Positions 44,417 through 57,519 of a stretch of 64,000 nt of DNA are shown one piece after another (within the stretch, counting starts at the first letter, position 1; each line of letters begins with the position of its first letter). Both the position numbers and the translations under genes were made by a program. The stretch covers positions 1 to 64,000 of the forward strand of contig CBDCOZ010000002.1 in assembly GCA_965220085.1 (NCBI GenBank). Direction: 5' to 3'. The notes under the pieces are model-generated. The model searched no databases. It was not told the origin of the DNA and was given only the letters and a program-made list of their open reading frames with translations. Source of the DNA: Candidatus Oxydemutatoraceae bacterium. Lineage in GTDB: Bacteria > Pseudomonadota > Gammaproteobacteria > Poriferisulfidales > Oxydemutatoraceae.

Positions 44417-45643
44417 ATGAAAGTGATTCATAAAACATGGGATATAGAAGCAGCTGTCAGGCGTGAAGGGAACATAAACCCTAGCCCCCAGTTCCAGAGA
44501 ACTCCGGTTTGGAGCGAAAAGAAAAACAAGTTACTACTCGACTCCATATTAAGATGTTACGACATTCCTAAAATCTATTTGAGGAAGGTTGAGGAAGGTG
44601 AATATGAATATGAAGTTGTGGATGGGCAACAGCGGTTGCGAGCCATCTGGAACTTTTTCAAAGACAAGTACGAATTAGGTGAAGAATCTGCAGATTTATT
44701 TGAGGGTTCTATTGCAGGAAAGAAGTATTCTGAGCTGAGCATTGAAGTAAAAGAGAAATTAGCACTATATGAGTTGTCTTTTACTATCGTCGAGGGTGCA
44801 TCGGAAGTTGAAATTAAAGATCTTTTTATGAGGATGCAGGAAGGGGTTCCCCTAAACCCTGCAGAAAAAAGAAATGCGATGTTGGGGGAAATGAGAAATT
44901 TTATTGCTGATTTAACATCGCATGAAGTCTTTACAATAATCCCTCTGGCAGATAAGAGGTATTCTTATGCTGATTGGATAGCCCACGTTGTTTGCTTGGA
45001 ATTAGCTAAAGGCCCTACAGATGTAAAAGCACCTGACTTGAAGAAAATGTATGAGGATGAAAAACGTTTCAAGAACGACTCTGGGAAAGCAAAAAAGGTG
45101 AAAAAAGTATTGGGGTATATGAAAAGGTGCTTTGATGAACAAGTGCCAGAACTAAATATAAAGTGGGGGTTTGTAGACCTTTACCTTCTAATCTCAATCT
45201 TAATGGAAGGCTATGTGATGCAAGACAAAAACTCAGCGTTTGGCGACTTCTACACGGGGTTTGAGCAGGGTAGAAGAGAGGTGGAAGATGAAGCCGACCT
45301 TCTTAACGGTAATTATTGGGAGAAAGATTTATACAACTATATTCAGGCTTTCAAAATAAGCGGTGGCATCCGAAAAAACATAGAAACTAGGAATAAAGTC
45401 TATACGAATAAATTTTTTAAGGACAATGAAGAGTTAGTCGCTAAAGACAATAAAAGAAGCTTTGACGAAAATCAGAAAACAGTTATTTGGCGTAGAGATG
45501 GAGGCAAGTGCAAACAGTGCGGAAAGAGTGTGGAGTATGAAGATATGCATGCTGATCATATAAAGCGTCACGCCGATGGGGGTAGTACAACCATTAAAAA
45601 TGGGCAGACTTTGTGTGCTCGCTGTAATCAGAGAAAAGGATGA
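44417..45643 (+). CDS. DUF262 plus C-terminal HNH endonuclease (GmrSD/SspE-related)
   Basis: FQR..VW and DGQQRL, plus CKQC..HADHI...GG.T...NGQTLCARCN. Confidence 0.85.
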   Translation: MKVIHKTWDIEAAVRREGNINPSPQFQRTPVWSEKKNKLLLDSILRCYDIPKIYLRKVEEGEYEYEVVDGQQRLRAIWNFFKDKYELGEESADLFEGSIAGKKYSELSIEVKEKLALYELSFTIVEGASEVEIKDLFMRMQEGVPLNPAEKRNAMLGEMRNFIADLTSHEVFTIIPLADKRYSYADWIAHVVCLELAKGPTDVKAPDLKKMYEDEKRFKNDSGKAKKVKKVLGYMKRCFDEQVPELNIKWGFVDLYLLISILMEGYVMQDKNSAFGDFYTGFEQGRREVEDEADLLNGNYWEKDLYNYIQAFKISGGIRKNIETRNKVYTNKFFKDNEELVAKDNKRSFDENQKTVIWRRDGGKCKQCGKSVEYEDMHADHIKRHADGGSTTIKNGQTLCARCNQRKG

Positions 45644-45803
45644 GAAATAGTTACAACCTCCAGATACTTATTTAGGGATTAACGTAACCTGACTAACAGG
45701 ACGGTTAATTTAGTAACAGTGATAGATTAGCGATTTAACTCAGTCCTAAGCTAAGAAGTAATCTGGCTTTAATCAAGTCACTAGGATATATTGTTATGCA
45801 GCT

Positions 45804-48230
45804 ATGAAAGAAGAACTATCAAAACTATTTGAAAAGCTTTATTGGGCCGAAACTGAAAATGATGTTGATACCATCATTTCAGATAACCCTGAAATCTTCC
45901 ATGAAGAAAACTGGGAGCCCTACGGTGGTAGCAAAAACAATTACTCCTTTATTGATAACCAGCAATCTAAACCTGTAGCTTCCTTAATCGAAAAACTTAC
46001 TAATTCCATTGACGCAATTTTAATGAGGCGTTGCCTTGAGGAAGGTATAGATCCAAAATCAAAAGATGCCCCACAATCTATTGATGAAGCCATACAGAAA
46101 TTTTTTCCTGATAATGAGCATTGGGATTTGTCCCACCGGCGTGATGAACAAGCAGAAAATATTCAAGTTATCGCACATGGCCCCAGAAACGAAACTTCCT
46201 TGGTTATTTATGATTATGGGGAAGGTCAAGAGCCTGAGATGCTTCCCGAAACATTATTGTCGCTGGGCAAGGGCAATAAGCAGAAAATCCACTTTGTGCA
46301 GGGGAAATACAATATGGGTGGCTCCGGCGCAATCATTTTTTGTGGAGATAAACGGTACCAACTTATTGCTTCAAAGAGGTATACAGGAGATAAGCCGTTC
46401 GGGTTTACCCTCGTTCGCCCGCACCCGCTAAATAAAAAAGAGGAGTCCGAATACAAAAGCACTTGGTATGAGTACCTAACAGTTGATGGTGAAATTCCTA
46501 GCTTTCCAATAACAGAACTTGACCTTGGGCTTAGGGGAAGGAAATTCACAACAGGGACAATCATCAAGTTGTATTCCTACCAGTTGCCTACAGGCTCTAA
46601 GTCAGTTATATCTCGTGATTTAAATTTGAGTCTAAATGAACATCTATTTGAACCTGCCCTTCCCATATTTACAATAGATAACAACAAACGTTACCCTAAA
46701 GATCAAAACCCCGAACGCTCTCTTTACGGACTAAAGAGACGCTTAGACGATAGCTCTGGCAAATACATAGAAGAAACCTTCTCTGAGGAAGTGTCAGATT
46801 GGGGTGGTTTCAAGATAAGTTGCTACATTTTCAAATTTCAAGTTGAGGGTAAAAATGCTAAAGAAAGCAGAGGAACCATACGCAGAGAATTTTTTAAGAA
46901 CAATATGTCGGTTCTATTCTCGATGAATGGTCAAGTACATGGTCATTTCACCCGTGAATTTATAACAAGGGCTCTCAAGTTTAATTTGCTACAAAACCAC
47001 CTGCTGATCCATGTGGACTGTACAAGCCTCAACTCAAATATTCGCAATAGGCTGTTCATGGCATCTAGAGACAGACTTGCCGAAGGCAAAGAAACACAAG
47101 AGTTAAGGGCCAAGATTACAGAAGTACTAAAAAACAGTCGGTTAAAGGAAATACACCATGAATATCGATCAAAACTAATTAGTGGCGATGGAGAAGAGAC
47201 AAAAAAGATTCTTACTGATTTTAGCGAGAATCTTCCCCTGACTCCTGAATTAACAAAACTGCTAAAACAAACACTTAATATCCAAGCCAAAGATAAATCT
47301 AGGAATAAGAGTGGTGCAGGGAAAAAGTCAAGGTCAAAAAAAGAGCCTGCTCCCTTCAACGGCGAACGTTATCCGGCAAAGTTCAAGATTCAGGCAAAAC
47401 AACAAGAAGATGAGCTCCCTCTGATACAAATCCCGAAAGGAAAAGAACGGACAATCCAATTTGAAACTGATGTTGAAGATAGTTATTTTGATCGCGACGA
47501 TGACCCGGGGGAATTCAAATTAGCCTTTTTAGGTTATCGTTCAAACGGAGGTGGCGGAGGTGGGCTTCCTCAGCCAACAGAAATTACAGACTTGTTATCC
47601 GTGTCTAAAGCAAGTCCGAGCAAAGGTATCATCAGACTACATACCAAAGCCCGCAAGGATATTCCGGTAGGCACCTCAATAAAGGTTCAGGCGACCCTTA
47701 CTAACCCTGGGGAACAAGATGGAGACTTTGAAGAGACTTTCTTCGTTAAAGTCATAGATAGCCAGAAACAAGACAAGAAGCCTAAAGAAGCCAGTGAACC
47801 AAATATTGGGCTCCCAGCCCTTGTGGAAGTAGTAGAAAAGGAAGGAGAAAATTCAAATGCTAGAACATGGGATGAGTTAGAGGGATCCGGTATATCGTTT
47901 GATGCTGACACAATTATGTATCCTCTTGTTGAGGAGGATAAATTGACCCATATCTACATTAATATGGATAGTCATGTTCTACATCGTTTCAACCAGAAAC
48001 AAAGTAATTCGGACCAAGTGTCAATTGCACGTAAACACTATCTCACCTCGGTCTACTTCCATACTTTGTTCTTATATACAACTAGCAAGAAATTGAAGTT
48101 TGATGTAAAAAATGAAAGTGGCGACAGTGTAGATTTAAGTGAATATCTTGTAGGGCTTTTTAATGAAAGTTATGCAAGCTTCTTGGTCAACTTTAGAATT
48201 TCCCAGCTTTTGGAAAGCATTGAAGATTAG
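45804..48230 (+). CDS. GHKL (HATPase_c/MORC-like) ATPase domain protein
   Basis: EKLTNSIDA, DYGEG, GKYNMGG and GTII Bergerat-fold boxes. Confidence 0.7.
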   Translation: MKEELSKLFEKLYWAETENDVDTIISDNPEIFHEENWEPYGGSKNNYSFIDNQQSKPVASLIEKLTNSIDAILMRRCLEEGIDPKSKDAPQSIDEAIQKFFPDNEHWDLSHRRDEQAENIQVIAHGPRNETSLVIYDYGEGQEPEMLPETLLSLGKGNKQKIHFVQGKYNMGGSGAIIFCGDKRYQLIASKRYTGDKPFGFTLVRPHPLNKKEESEYKSTWYEYLTVDGEIPSFPITELDLGLRGRKFTTGTIIKLYSYQLPTGSKSVISRDLNLSLNEHLFEPALPIFTIDNNKRYPKDQNPERSLYGLKRRLDDSSGKYIEETFSEEVSDWGGFKISCYIFKFQVEGKNAKESRGTIRREFFKNNMSVLFSMNGQVHGHFTREFITRALKFNLLQNHLLIHVDCTSLNSNIRNRLFMASRDRLAEGKETQELRAKITEVLKNSRLKEIHHEYRSKLISGDGEETKKILTDFSENLPLTPELTKLLKQTLNIQAKDKSRNKSGAGKKSRSKKEPAPFNGERYPAKFKIQAKQQEDELPLIQIPKGKERTIQFETDVEDSYFDRDDDPGEFKLAFLGYRSNGGGGGGLPQPTEITDLLSVSKASPSKGIIRLHTKARKDIPVGTSIKVQATLTNPGEQDGDFEETFFVKVIDSQKQDKKPKEASEPNIGLPALVEVVEKEGENSNARTWDELEGSGISFDADTIMYPLVEEDKLTHIYINMDSHVLHRFNQKQSNSDQVSIARKHYLTSVYFHTLFLYTTSKKLKFDVKNESGDSVDLSEYLVGLFNESYASFLVNFRISQLLESIED

Positions 48231-48727
48231 GCGTTGGTTTGTTGCTTCTTGCTTTCCGCCTGTTCAATAAGCTCAGAAAAATGCTCCTTTATTAGGTCAT
48301 TAGATATTGCTGAAGGAGTACCTTTTTCTTCCTTTGTTATCGCCCACGGCGTTCCTTCGGCATGGGTAAGTGCCGACAGTTGGAGTCCCCTGAGATGCTT
48401 GTAACCTTTATAGACTTGCCCGATTAAACCTTCTTCGTCACTACCAAGCCTTGCTGAGTCCGCAGGCGTTGATACGGCATCAAGCGGAACCGGCTTGTGC
48501 CGATAACTCTTAACCCTCTCGTACAACTCCGCAACGACCGGCCCGTACGGCCAGGCGACGACATCTTCCTTGATAAGTTCCCGACCATAAAGTCCCAACA
48601 TCCATCCGTGGCACAGATAGACAAGTTTCAGGATCTGCATCGGGCGAAGCATCTTATCATCTTGATTGGCAATCTCAATTAACCGGTGTGCGATTCTTAT
48701 TGAGCTATGCTTAGTTGAGTTGTTCAT
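48227..48727 (-). CDS. Panacea (DUF4065/SocA-like) antitoxin domain protein
   Basis: M.ILKLVYL.HG, AWPYGPVV.ELY, LSALTH..GTPW and ISNDLIKEHF. SD GGAGG. Confidence 0.85.
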   Translation of the reverse strand: MNNSTKHSSIRIAHRLIEIANQDDKMLRPMQILKLVYLCHGWMLGLYGRELIKEDVVAWPYGPVVAELYERVKSYRHKPVPLDAVSTPADSARLGSDEEGLIGQVYKGYKHLRGLQLSALTHAEGTPWAITKEEKGTPSAISNDLIKEHFSELIEQAESKKQQTNA

Positions 48728-48977
48728 GGTTTCCCTCCTTCAGAGTGAGGCGGAAGTGTACTGATAAAAAGATCTCTGTCAATACCCCTGACTCTATATA
48801 TAACTATACACTATCGCTACAGTGCGGCCTGCGGCGCGGGTTTGCAGGCCTGCACTTCTTTGATCATGCCCAGAATCCGGCGCTGATGCTTTATGAACCG
48901 CATTGCATAAGTTTGACAAAGAGAGCATAAAAACATTATCCTAAACCAGAATCGAAACAGGCTATACTAAAACTGCT

Positions 48978-50300
48978 ATGTATATAACAAAAATTACTCT
49001 TAAGAATGTCCGGTGCTTCAAGGAGGTCGAAATGGACCTCAGCGGCAACGGTTCCTTGGGCATGTCCGCACTGATTACGGGCAATAATGGAGTGGGGAAA
49101 TCTTCCATCCTGCGCGCAATTGCCATGGGCTTGTGCGACCGCGGCAGCGCCGATGCTTTGTTAAGAGAGTTAGAGGGAAATTATGTAAGAAAAGGAACCG
49201 AAGAGAAAGGCGGCAAGAAAGAAGCAAAAGTTAAAATCGGGCTAAAGAACAATCGCAATAAGTGGAGCACGGAAACAACCTTTACAGAAGAAAAGGAATC
49301 TGTCATTGAAGCAATCACGCAGGTGGTTAAGAAGAATGGCAAAAAAATATCAAAAGAGGCGCCTTTGTGGAAAGAGTTGTTTTTAATAGCTTACGGGGCG
49401 GGCTTGCGAACACAAGGGACAGCCAAGTACTCAAATTACTTTGCGCCCGATGCGGTTTATTCTTTGTTTAAGTATGACACTCCTCCGCAGGATCCGGAGC
49501 TTGCATGGAGACGGTTACGTGCAGCCGAAGCACAATCCCGGAACGGAACGGGCAGAACAGACAAGCTCGTCAAAGGCTTGCTAAAACATATTCTTGACTT
49601 AGAAGAGGACTCGGAAATAACGCTAGATCCGGATGGCATTTATATGAGGCAACACGGGGAAACGAAACCTCTGGATTCTGTCGGCGATGGTCATAAGTCT
49701 CTCGTCACACTGACCCTTGATATTTTATTATGGTATTTGCTTAAAATTAATGATAGCGAGACGGAGGGAGAAAAACGTCGTTGGAAACCCTTGCCTCTGG
49801 ACAAAGACAGCATTTTAAATGCCAAAGGAATCGTTATTATCGATGAAGTTGAACAGCACCTGCACCCCAAACTACAGCGTGAAATTCTAGGGCGACTCAA
49901 TGAGAAGTTTCCAAAAATTCAATTTATTATCGCAACACATTCGCCCTTATGTGTTACCGGAACAGCTGATGTTAGTGATGGGTACAAAATATTTAGCGTG
50001 GCTTACGACGAAGATGATGAAACTACAGAAATTAATTCTGAGCCTGTTCCCCAAGGGCTATTTGCGCACCAAGTGTTGCTCGACTATTTTGGTTTGCCAA
50101 CCACGTTGAGTGCTTCTTTAGGGGAGAAATATGAAAGGATGAATGAACTGTTTTTAAAAAATAAGCGCAACTCTAAAGAAGACAAAGAATATAAAAGACT
50201 CAAAAAGGAAATTAATGAGATTTCCCCAACATTGGGAGAGAGCATGAAAGAGCGTGAACTAAATAAACGTCTTGATGCTCGTATTAAGAAAATATTGTAG
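48978..50300 (+). CDS. ABC/AAA_21-type ATPase, PtuA-like
   Basis: GNNGVGKS, signature-like VGDG, IIDEVEQHLHPKLQ and ATHSP. Confidence 0.85.
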   Translation: MYITKITLKNVRCFKEVEMDLSGNGSLGMSALITGNNGVGKSSILRAIAMGLCDRGSADALLRELEGNYVRKGTEEKGGKKEAKVKIGLKNNRNKWSTETTFTEEKESVIEAITQVVKKNGKKISKEAPLWKELFLIAYGAGLRTQGTAKYSNYFAPDAVYSLFKYDTPPQDPELAWRRLRAAEAQSRNGTGRTDKLVKGLLKHILDLEEDSEITLDPDGIYMRQHGETKPLDSVGDGHKSLVTLTLDILLWYLLKINDSETEGEKRRWKPLPLDKDSILNAKGIVIIDEVEQHLHPKLQREILGRLNEKFPKIQFIIATHSPLCVTGTADVSDGYKIFSVAYDEDDETTEINSEPVPQGLFAHQVLLDYFGLPTTLSASLGEKYERMNELFLKNKRNSKEDKEYKRLKKEINEISPTLGESMKERELNKRLDARIKKIL

Positions 50301-50311
50301 CAAGAGAAACA

Positions 50312-50910
50312 GTGATAAAGGTTGATAAGAAAAATTGCCCCCCTAAACTTCGGGAGACATTAGAGGAATACCAAAAGAAGGAACTAACCAAAAGACCAAA
50401 AAAGTTTAAAAATCGTTGGGGAAAAGCTAAAAAAGTAAAGATGAAAAGAAGCGCGCCAGAGGCAAACGCTCTTCTATAAAAAGAGAAGAACCTCTTTTGT
50501 TAAATCCCGCTATTGATGATGGGGAAAAATATTTTGATTATGAATGGGATGATGAAATTTTCACTGTGAAAATTAAACCTAAAACAGACATCGGCAGGGC
50601 AAAAAAGGATAGGGCAGAAAAGACAATAGACATCTTGGGGTTAAACCGTGGCGCACATCCCAGAGAAAGTGGCAACGATAAAGACCATCTTCTTGCAGAA
50701 AGAGGAAACATTTTAAAAGCAGTTTCAGTACTCTGTCGTTTGATAATAAAAAACAAAATAAATGGTGGCAATGATTTGAATCTGCTTAAAGAAGACTTAG
50801 AGGAACTTAAAGACATGGCATCACCAAAAAGCGAATTCTCAGGTTTTGTAAGATTTTTTCTTAAACTTAAGCATCCTGATTTATACGAAAAGCATGTTGA
50901 ATCAGGATAG
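50312..50910 (+). pseudogene. PtuB-like partner with the HNH core deleted or frameshifted
   Basis: GTG 50312 gives MIKVDKKNCPPKL... ending at 50479. A second frame gives EEPLLLNP..DD...TIDILGLNR...LLAER. No CxxC/HNH segment between them. Confidence 0.55.
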
Positions 50911-52060
50911 AATCAAGTCAATCAAACGCCTTCCCGCATTCATATACGACGAAGTTGAAATCACAAAAGCCTGCCAAAGGCTGAATCGTCTTTTTAGCCG
51001 GATAGGAGTTTCTCAATTATTCCCGCTTAAATGCCACAGCGTCTATGGCTCTTTGAACATCATTGCCAAACATGTTGATGGCTTTGCCGTCAGTTCTTTG
51101 TTTGAAGCGCAACTGGCAAGAGACATTCTTGATACGGCGCAAAAGGTTCACCTCACCAGCCCGAGCCTGCAAGACCAAGAGACAGAAACTTTGTTATCGT
51201 TGTGCGATAGCGTATCTTTTAACTCTCTCTCTCAGTGGGAGCGCTGTAAGAAAAGCGTTCTCGGAAAAATACAGTGCGGCCTGCGGATTAATCCGCAGTT
51301 GTCTTTTATAAAGGATGACCGATACAACCCGTGCAGACCCAATTCCCGATTAGGCATCCCTCTGCAACATCTCAAGCGACTCTTTGAGTCAAACCCCAAA
51401 TTATTCGAGAACATAGAAGGGCTGCATTTCCATACGAACTGTGACTCGCAAGACTTAACCCCCCTGTTAAAAACCATTCAACGCCTTGATAAACACATTC
51501 CGGGATTGCTGGAACAAAGCCGGCACATTAATCTTGGGGGAGGATACCTGCTTGAAGAGAATGATGATACCGCTCCCCTTTGTGAAGGCGTACGACTGTT
51601 GCAGGATAAACACAATCTCAAGGTGATCATTGAGCCCGGCGCCGGGCTGGTTCAAGACAAATGTTATCTCGTTGCCCAAGTGACAGACATTTTTGATTCG
51701 GAAAGCGAAAAAGTAGCCATCCTAAATACCACGGTGAATCATATGCCGGAGGTTTTTGAATACCAATTTAGCCCTGACATCGCAGGGAGCGCGGGCAAGG
51801 CCGGACGCCACACATATATATTGGGAGGGGCTACCTGTCTGGCGGGTGATGTGTTCGGAATGTACGCTTTTGACACCCCTTTGGCTATCGGATCACGCGT
51901 AATTTTTACTGGCGTTGGGGCTTATACTCTTGTAAAATCACACATGTTTAACGGCATCAATCTGCCCGCAATTTACGCCCTCACAGCAGAAGCGGAACTT
52001 AAATTCAAAAAGGGTTATGGTTATGACGATTTCAAAAACAGATGCGGGGGGAAGCGCTAA
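50894..52060 (+). CDS. Carboxynorspermidine decarboxylase-like group IV PLP enzyme
   Basis: PLK, YNPCRPNSRLG, GLHFH, NLGGG, IEPG, TCLAGDVFG and YTLVK..MFNG motifs. Confidence 0.8.
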   Translation: MLNQDRIKSIKRLPAFIYDEVEITKACQRLNRLFSRIGVSQLFPLKCHSVYGSLNIIAKHVDGFAVSSLFEAQLARDILDTAQKVHLTSPSLQDQETETLLSLCDSVSFNSLSQWERCKKSVLGKIQCGLRINPQLSFIKDDRYNPCRPNSRLGIPLQHLKRLFESNPKLFENIEGLHFHTNCDSQDLTPLLKTIQRLDKHIPGLLEQSRHINLGGGYLLEENDDTAPLCEGVRLLQDKHNLKVIIEPGAGLVQDKCYLVAQVTDIFDSESEKVAILNTTVNHMPEVFEYQFSPDIAGSAGKAGRHTYILGGATCLAGDVFGMYAFDTPLAIGSRVIFTGVGAYTLVKSHMFNGINLPAIYALTAEAELKFKKGYGYDDFKNRCGGKR

Positions 52061-52062
52061 AA

Positions 52063-53454
52063 ATGAAAATCTTTGAACAACAACTGCGGCTGCCCAAAGA
52101 GGCGGACGACCGCTTAATCGGTTATTTTGCCAGAGCGGTGCGCGAGTCGCTGCCCTCTCATCAACACCCGATTAGGTTTGCCGTCACTCAGTCCCGCGAT
52201 GCCTTCTATGACATAGAGTTGGGGGTTTTGGAATCCGCAGAGCATTCCGTTGATTCTATATTTTCATTTAAGAAGCGCGCCACAGAAAACACGAGCGCTT
52301 TCAATGCGGCTATGTTGGTGCCCACCGGGATCGGTTCTGCGATCGGCGGTCATGCCGGCGATGCGGCTCCGGTTTCCAGGCTCTTGGCTTCTTGCTGCGA
52401 CAATCTCATCACGCATCCCAATGTCGTGAATGCTTCGGACATCAATGAAATGTCCGACAACACGCTGTATGCGGAGGGCAGCGTTATCTGCCGTTTGCTG
52501 ATGGGAACCATCGGGTTGCAAAAGGTTCGCTCCAATCGCATGCTGGCAATCATAGAAAAGCATCCCAGCGATGACCTGTTTGTCAATGCCGCCATCAATG
52601 CCATCAATGCCGCGCGCGCATCCGCCGGGCTGCATTGCGAAGACATTATCATACTGGACCCCGCCATGAGTCTCATCGCGGAATACGCCCCGTCCGGCAG
52701 AGCGACCGGCAGGGTTGAGGGAATGGAGCATCTCCTTTCTCATCTGGAAAAGCGCAACGAACGGTATGACAACATCGCCATCTCTTCCATCATTAAAATA
52801 CCGGATAGCAAACTGCACTCAGAATATTTTAGAAGCGGCGGCGATATGGTAAACCCTTGGGGAGGCGTCGAAGCCATCTTTACGCACGCTATCGCCGCGG
52901 TGTTTAACAAGCAAGCCGCCCATTCCCCGATGATAGAAAATCAACTGGTGTCCAACATGGATGTCGGTATCGTCGATGCGCGGCAAGCGGCGGAAGCCGT
53001 GTCGTTTACGTACATGCAATGTATCCTCAAAGGGTTGCAACGCGCGCCAAAGATCGTAACCGACGAGCAAGCGATGCGGTATCCGGATGTGGTTACGGCC
53101 AGAGACATATCTTGTTTGGTCATGCCGGACAACTGCATAGGGCTGCCTGCTTTGGCCGCATTGGAGCAAGGCATTCCGGTCATTGCGGTCAGAGACAACA
53201 AAAATATCATGCAAAACGATTTGAAGACGTTGCCATGGGCGAAGGGTCAACTCTACATGGCGGAAAACTATTTGGAAGCGGCGGGCATTATGACGGCTTT
53301 GAAAAATGGGATGCCCATCAGCGCTCTCAAACGCCCGCTTAAAAATGCGCAAATACTTGACCGGGCAGAAGAGCTCGCAACAAAAAGCATCAGCAGTGGC
53401 GACCCTAAAAAGGGGAGCGCGGACATCAAACCCTCTTCCGCGCGAAGCAAGTAA
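52063..53454 (+). CDS. DUF3326 family protein
   Basis: VPTGIG.AIGG.AGDA, LITHPNVVNA, PWGGVEA, AHSP, AAEAVS and ENYLEAAG motifs. Confidence 0.8.
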   Translation: MKIFEQQLRLPKEADDRLIGYFARAVRESLPSHQHPIRFAVTQSRDAFYDIELGVLESAEHSVDSIFSFKKRATENTSAFNAAMLVPTGIGSAIGGHAGDAAPVSRLLASCCDNLITHPNVVNASDINEMSDNTLYAEGSVICRLLMGTIGLQKVRSNRMLAIIEKHPSDDLFVNAAINAINAARASAGLHCEDIIILDPAMSLIAEYAPSGRATGRVEGMEHLLSHLEKRNERYDNIAISSIIKIPDSKLHSEYFRSGGDMVNPWGGVEAIFTHAIAAVFNKQAAHSPMIENQLVSNMDVGIVDARQAAEAVSFTYMQCILKGLQRAPKIVTDEQAMRYPDVVTARDISCLVMPDNCIGLPALAALEQGIPVIAVRDNKNIMQNDLKTLPWAKGQLYMAENYLEAAGIMTALKNGMPISALKRPLKNAQILDRAEELATKSISSGDPKKGSADIKPSSARSK

Positions 53455-53891
53455 CGGCTCCTGTCTGACAACACTCCGCCAATCACAAAGCGTTCAACAC
53501 GCATGTAACTCGCCTTCGTTTTAAGGGGGCTTCGTTCCGCCTTTGCGGCGAGTTCAGGACCGCGCGTCCGGAGTATTAGATGTTACTGAGCGGACACCTC
53601 CGTGATTCTCACTCGCAGGCTCCCGGCAACGACACATGAATTACGTTGCGCGCGCTATCATCCTCTCCCACACTCGCATGCGCACCGCACACTACTTATT
53701 AAGTGGCAGGCGACGCGGGTTTGTTGGCATGCGCTTCGTCAATCATCGCGGCGAGGTTGTTCTCGCTCGCATGCGCACCGCACACCACGCATTATTAATG
53801 CGGCAGGCGTCGCGGGTTTGTTGGCATGCGCTTCGTCAATCATCGCGGCGAGGTTGTTCTCGCTCGCATGCGCATCGCACACCACGCATTA

Positions 53892-56410
<2,519 letters not shown>

Positions 56411-56519
56411 TCAGACATCAACTCTCAGGCATTAAGATAATACACGATGGGCATCCCCTCTTCATCTTGCCACATGCGAAGGGAACATTTTTGGCAGAAC
56501 CGACAGACGGGGCGACGCG

Positions 56520-56963
56520 CTATTCGCCCGCCAATTTTTGCTTGATCCGGCGGCTCACGTCCGCCATGTCAATCCGCCCTTTGGCATGGGCCTTGACCCA
56601 CCCGATCGCCTTGCCCATATCCTTCGTCTCGGCGGCGCCGGTTTGCGCAAACGCCTGCTCGATCAGGGCGGCGACTTCCTCCGCGCCGAGTGCGGCGGGC
56701 AGGTGGCTCAAGATCACTTCGTGCTCGTATTTCTCCTGCGCAAACAAATCATCGCGCTTGGCCTTCTTGAAGTGCTTCATGGATTCCTGTCGCTGCTTCG
56801 CCATCTTCTCAAGCACCGCAAACGCCCCGTCTTCGGTGAGCTCCTTTTGCGAGTCTATCTCCTTGCGCTTGAGTTCGGATATCATCAGCCGCAAGATGCC
56901 GACGCGGTTTTTGTCACCGGCCTTGAGCGCGGTTTTGACCTCATCCATCAAGCGGGATTTCAT
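56520..56963 (-). CDS. yqeY: GatB/YqeY domain protein
   Basis: KQRQES...R.DL...E..E and DMGK motifs. Downstream of rpsU. Confidence 0.9.
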   Translation of the reverse strand: MKSRLMDEVKTALKAGDKNRVGILRLMISELKRKEIDSQKELTEDGAFAVLEKMAKQRQESMKHFKKAKRDDLFAQEKYEHEVILSHLPAALGAEEVAALIEQAFAQTGAAETKDMGKAIGWVKAHAKGRIDMADVSRRIKQKLAGE

Positions 56964-56969
56964 CGGGCG

Positions 56970-57191
56970 TTATCGGCCGCGTCTGACACTCTTCGCGCGG
57001 TTCTGGAGGTGTGCGTACCGCCGTTGCCGCTTCTTGGCGAGCAACAGTTTGCGCTTGCGAATCGTGGTGGGCTTTTCGTAGTATTCGCGCTTGCGAATTT
57101 CGGGCACAACGCCAGCCTTCTCGCAGGCGCGACGGAAACGCCGCAAGGCGATGTCAAATGGTTCGTGTTCTTTTACTGCTATGCTTGGCAC
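56970..57191 (-). CDS. rpsU: 30S ribosomal protein S21
   Basis: [18 protein letters not shown]...REYYEKPT. Confidence 0.97.
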   Translation of the reverse strand: MPSIAVKEHEPFDIALRRFRRACEKAGVVPEIRKREYYEKPTTIRKRKLLLAKKRQRRYAHLQNRAKSVRRGR

Positions 57192-57237
57192 GGCGAATTC
57201 CTAATATGTCGGTTGGTCCAGATAAAAACAAAAGGCT

Positions 57238-57265
57238 ATTATACAAACCCGACGCTTTGTTGCAA
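57238..57265 (-). promoter_or_regulatory. sigma70 promoter of rpsU
   Basis: TTGCAA-16-TATAAT on the minus strand. Confidence 0.6.
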
Positions 57266-57519
57266 CCTTTTTTATGGCGCCATGACATAGCGGACAGACG
57301 GGGCAACCGCTGTGGGGCGCTGGTGCGGCGACCATAGCGATGGTGCGTGTCGGGACAAGACGGCGCGCGCTGTGCTCTGCCGCCGCAGGGAGAAGGCAAG
57401 CGTCGGGGGGCGCAAAGAATGCGACAGATACAACGGCATGAATAATGCCAGAAGCATTCTGGATTTCTGGCATCATACAGGAGAAAAACAAAGCGGCGCA
57501 GCTGGTTTATAATGACTCC

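Noticed and set aside
48730-50910. Retron Ec78-like system
   Set aside because: No reverse transcriptase next to the PtuAB-like genes; the hairpin at ~48822-48855 alone is not sufficient.
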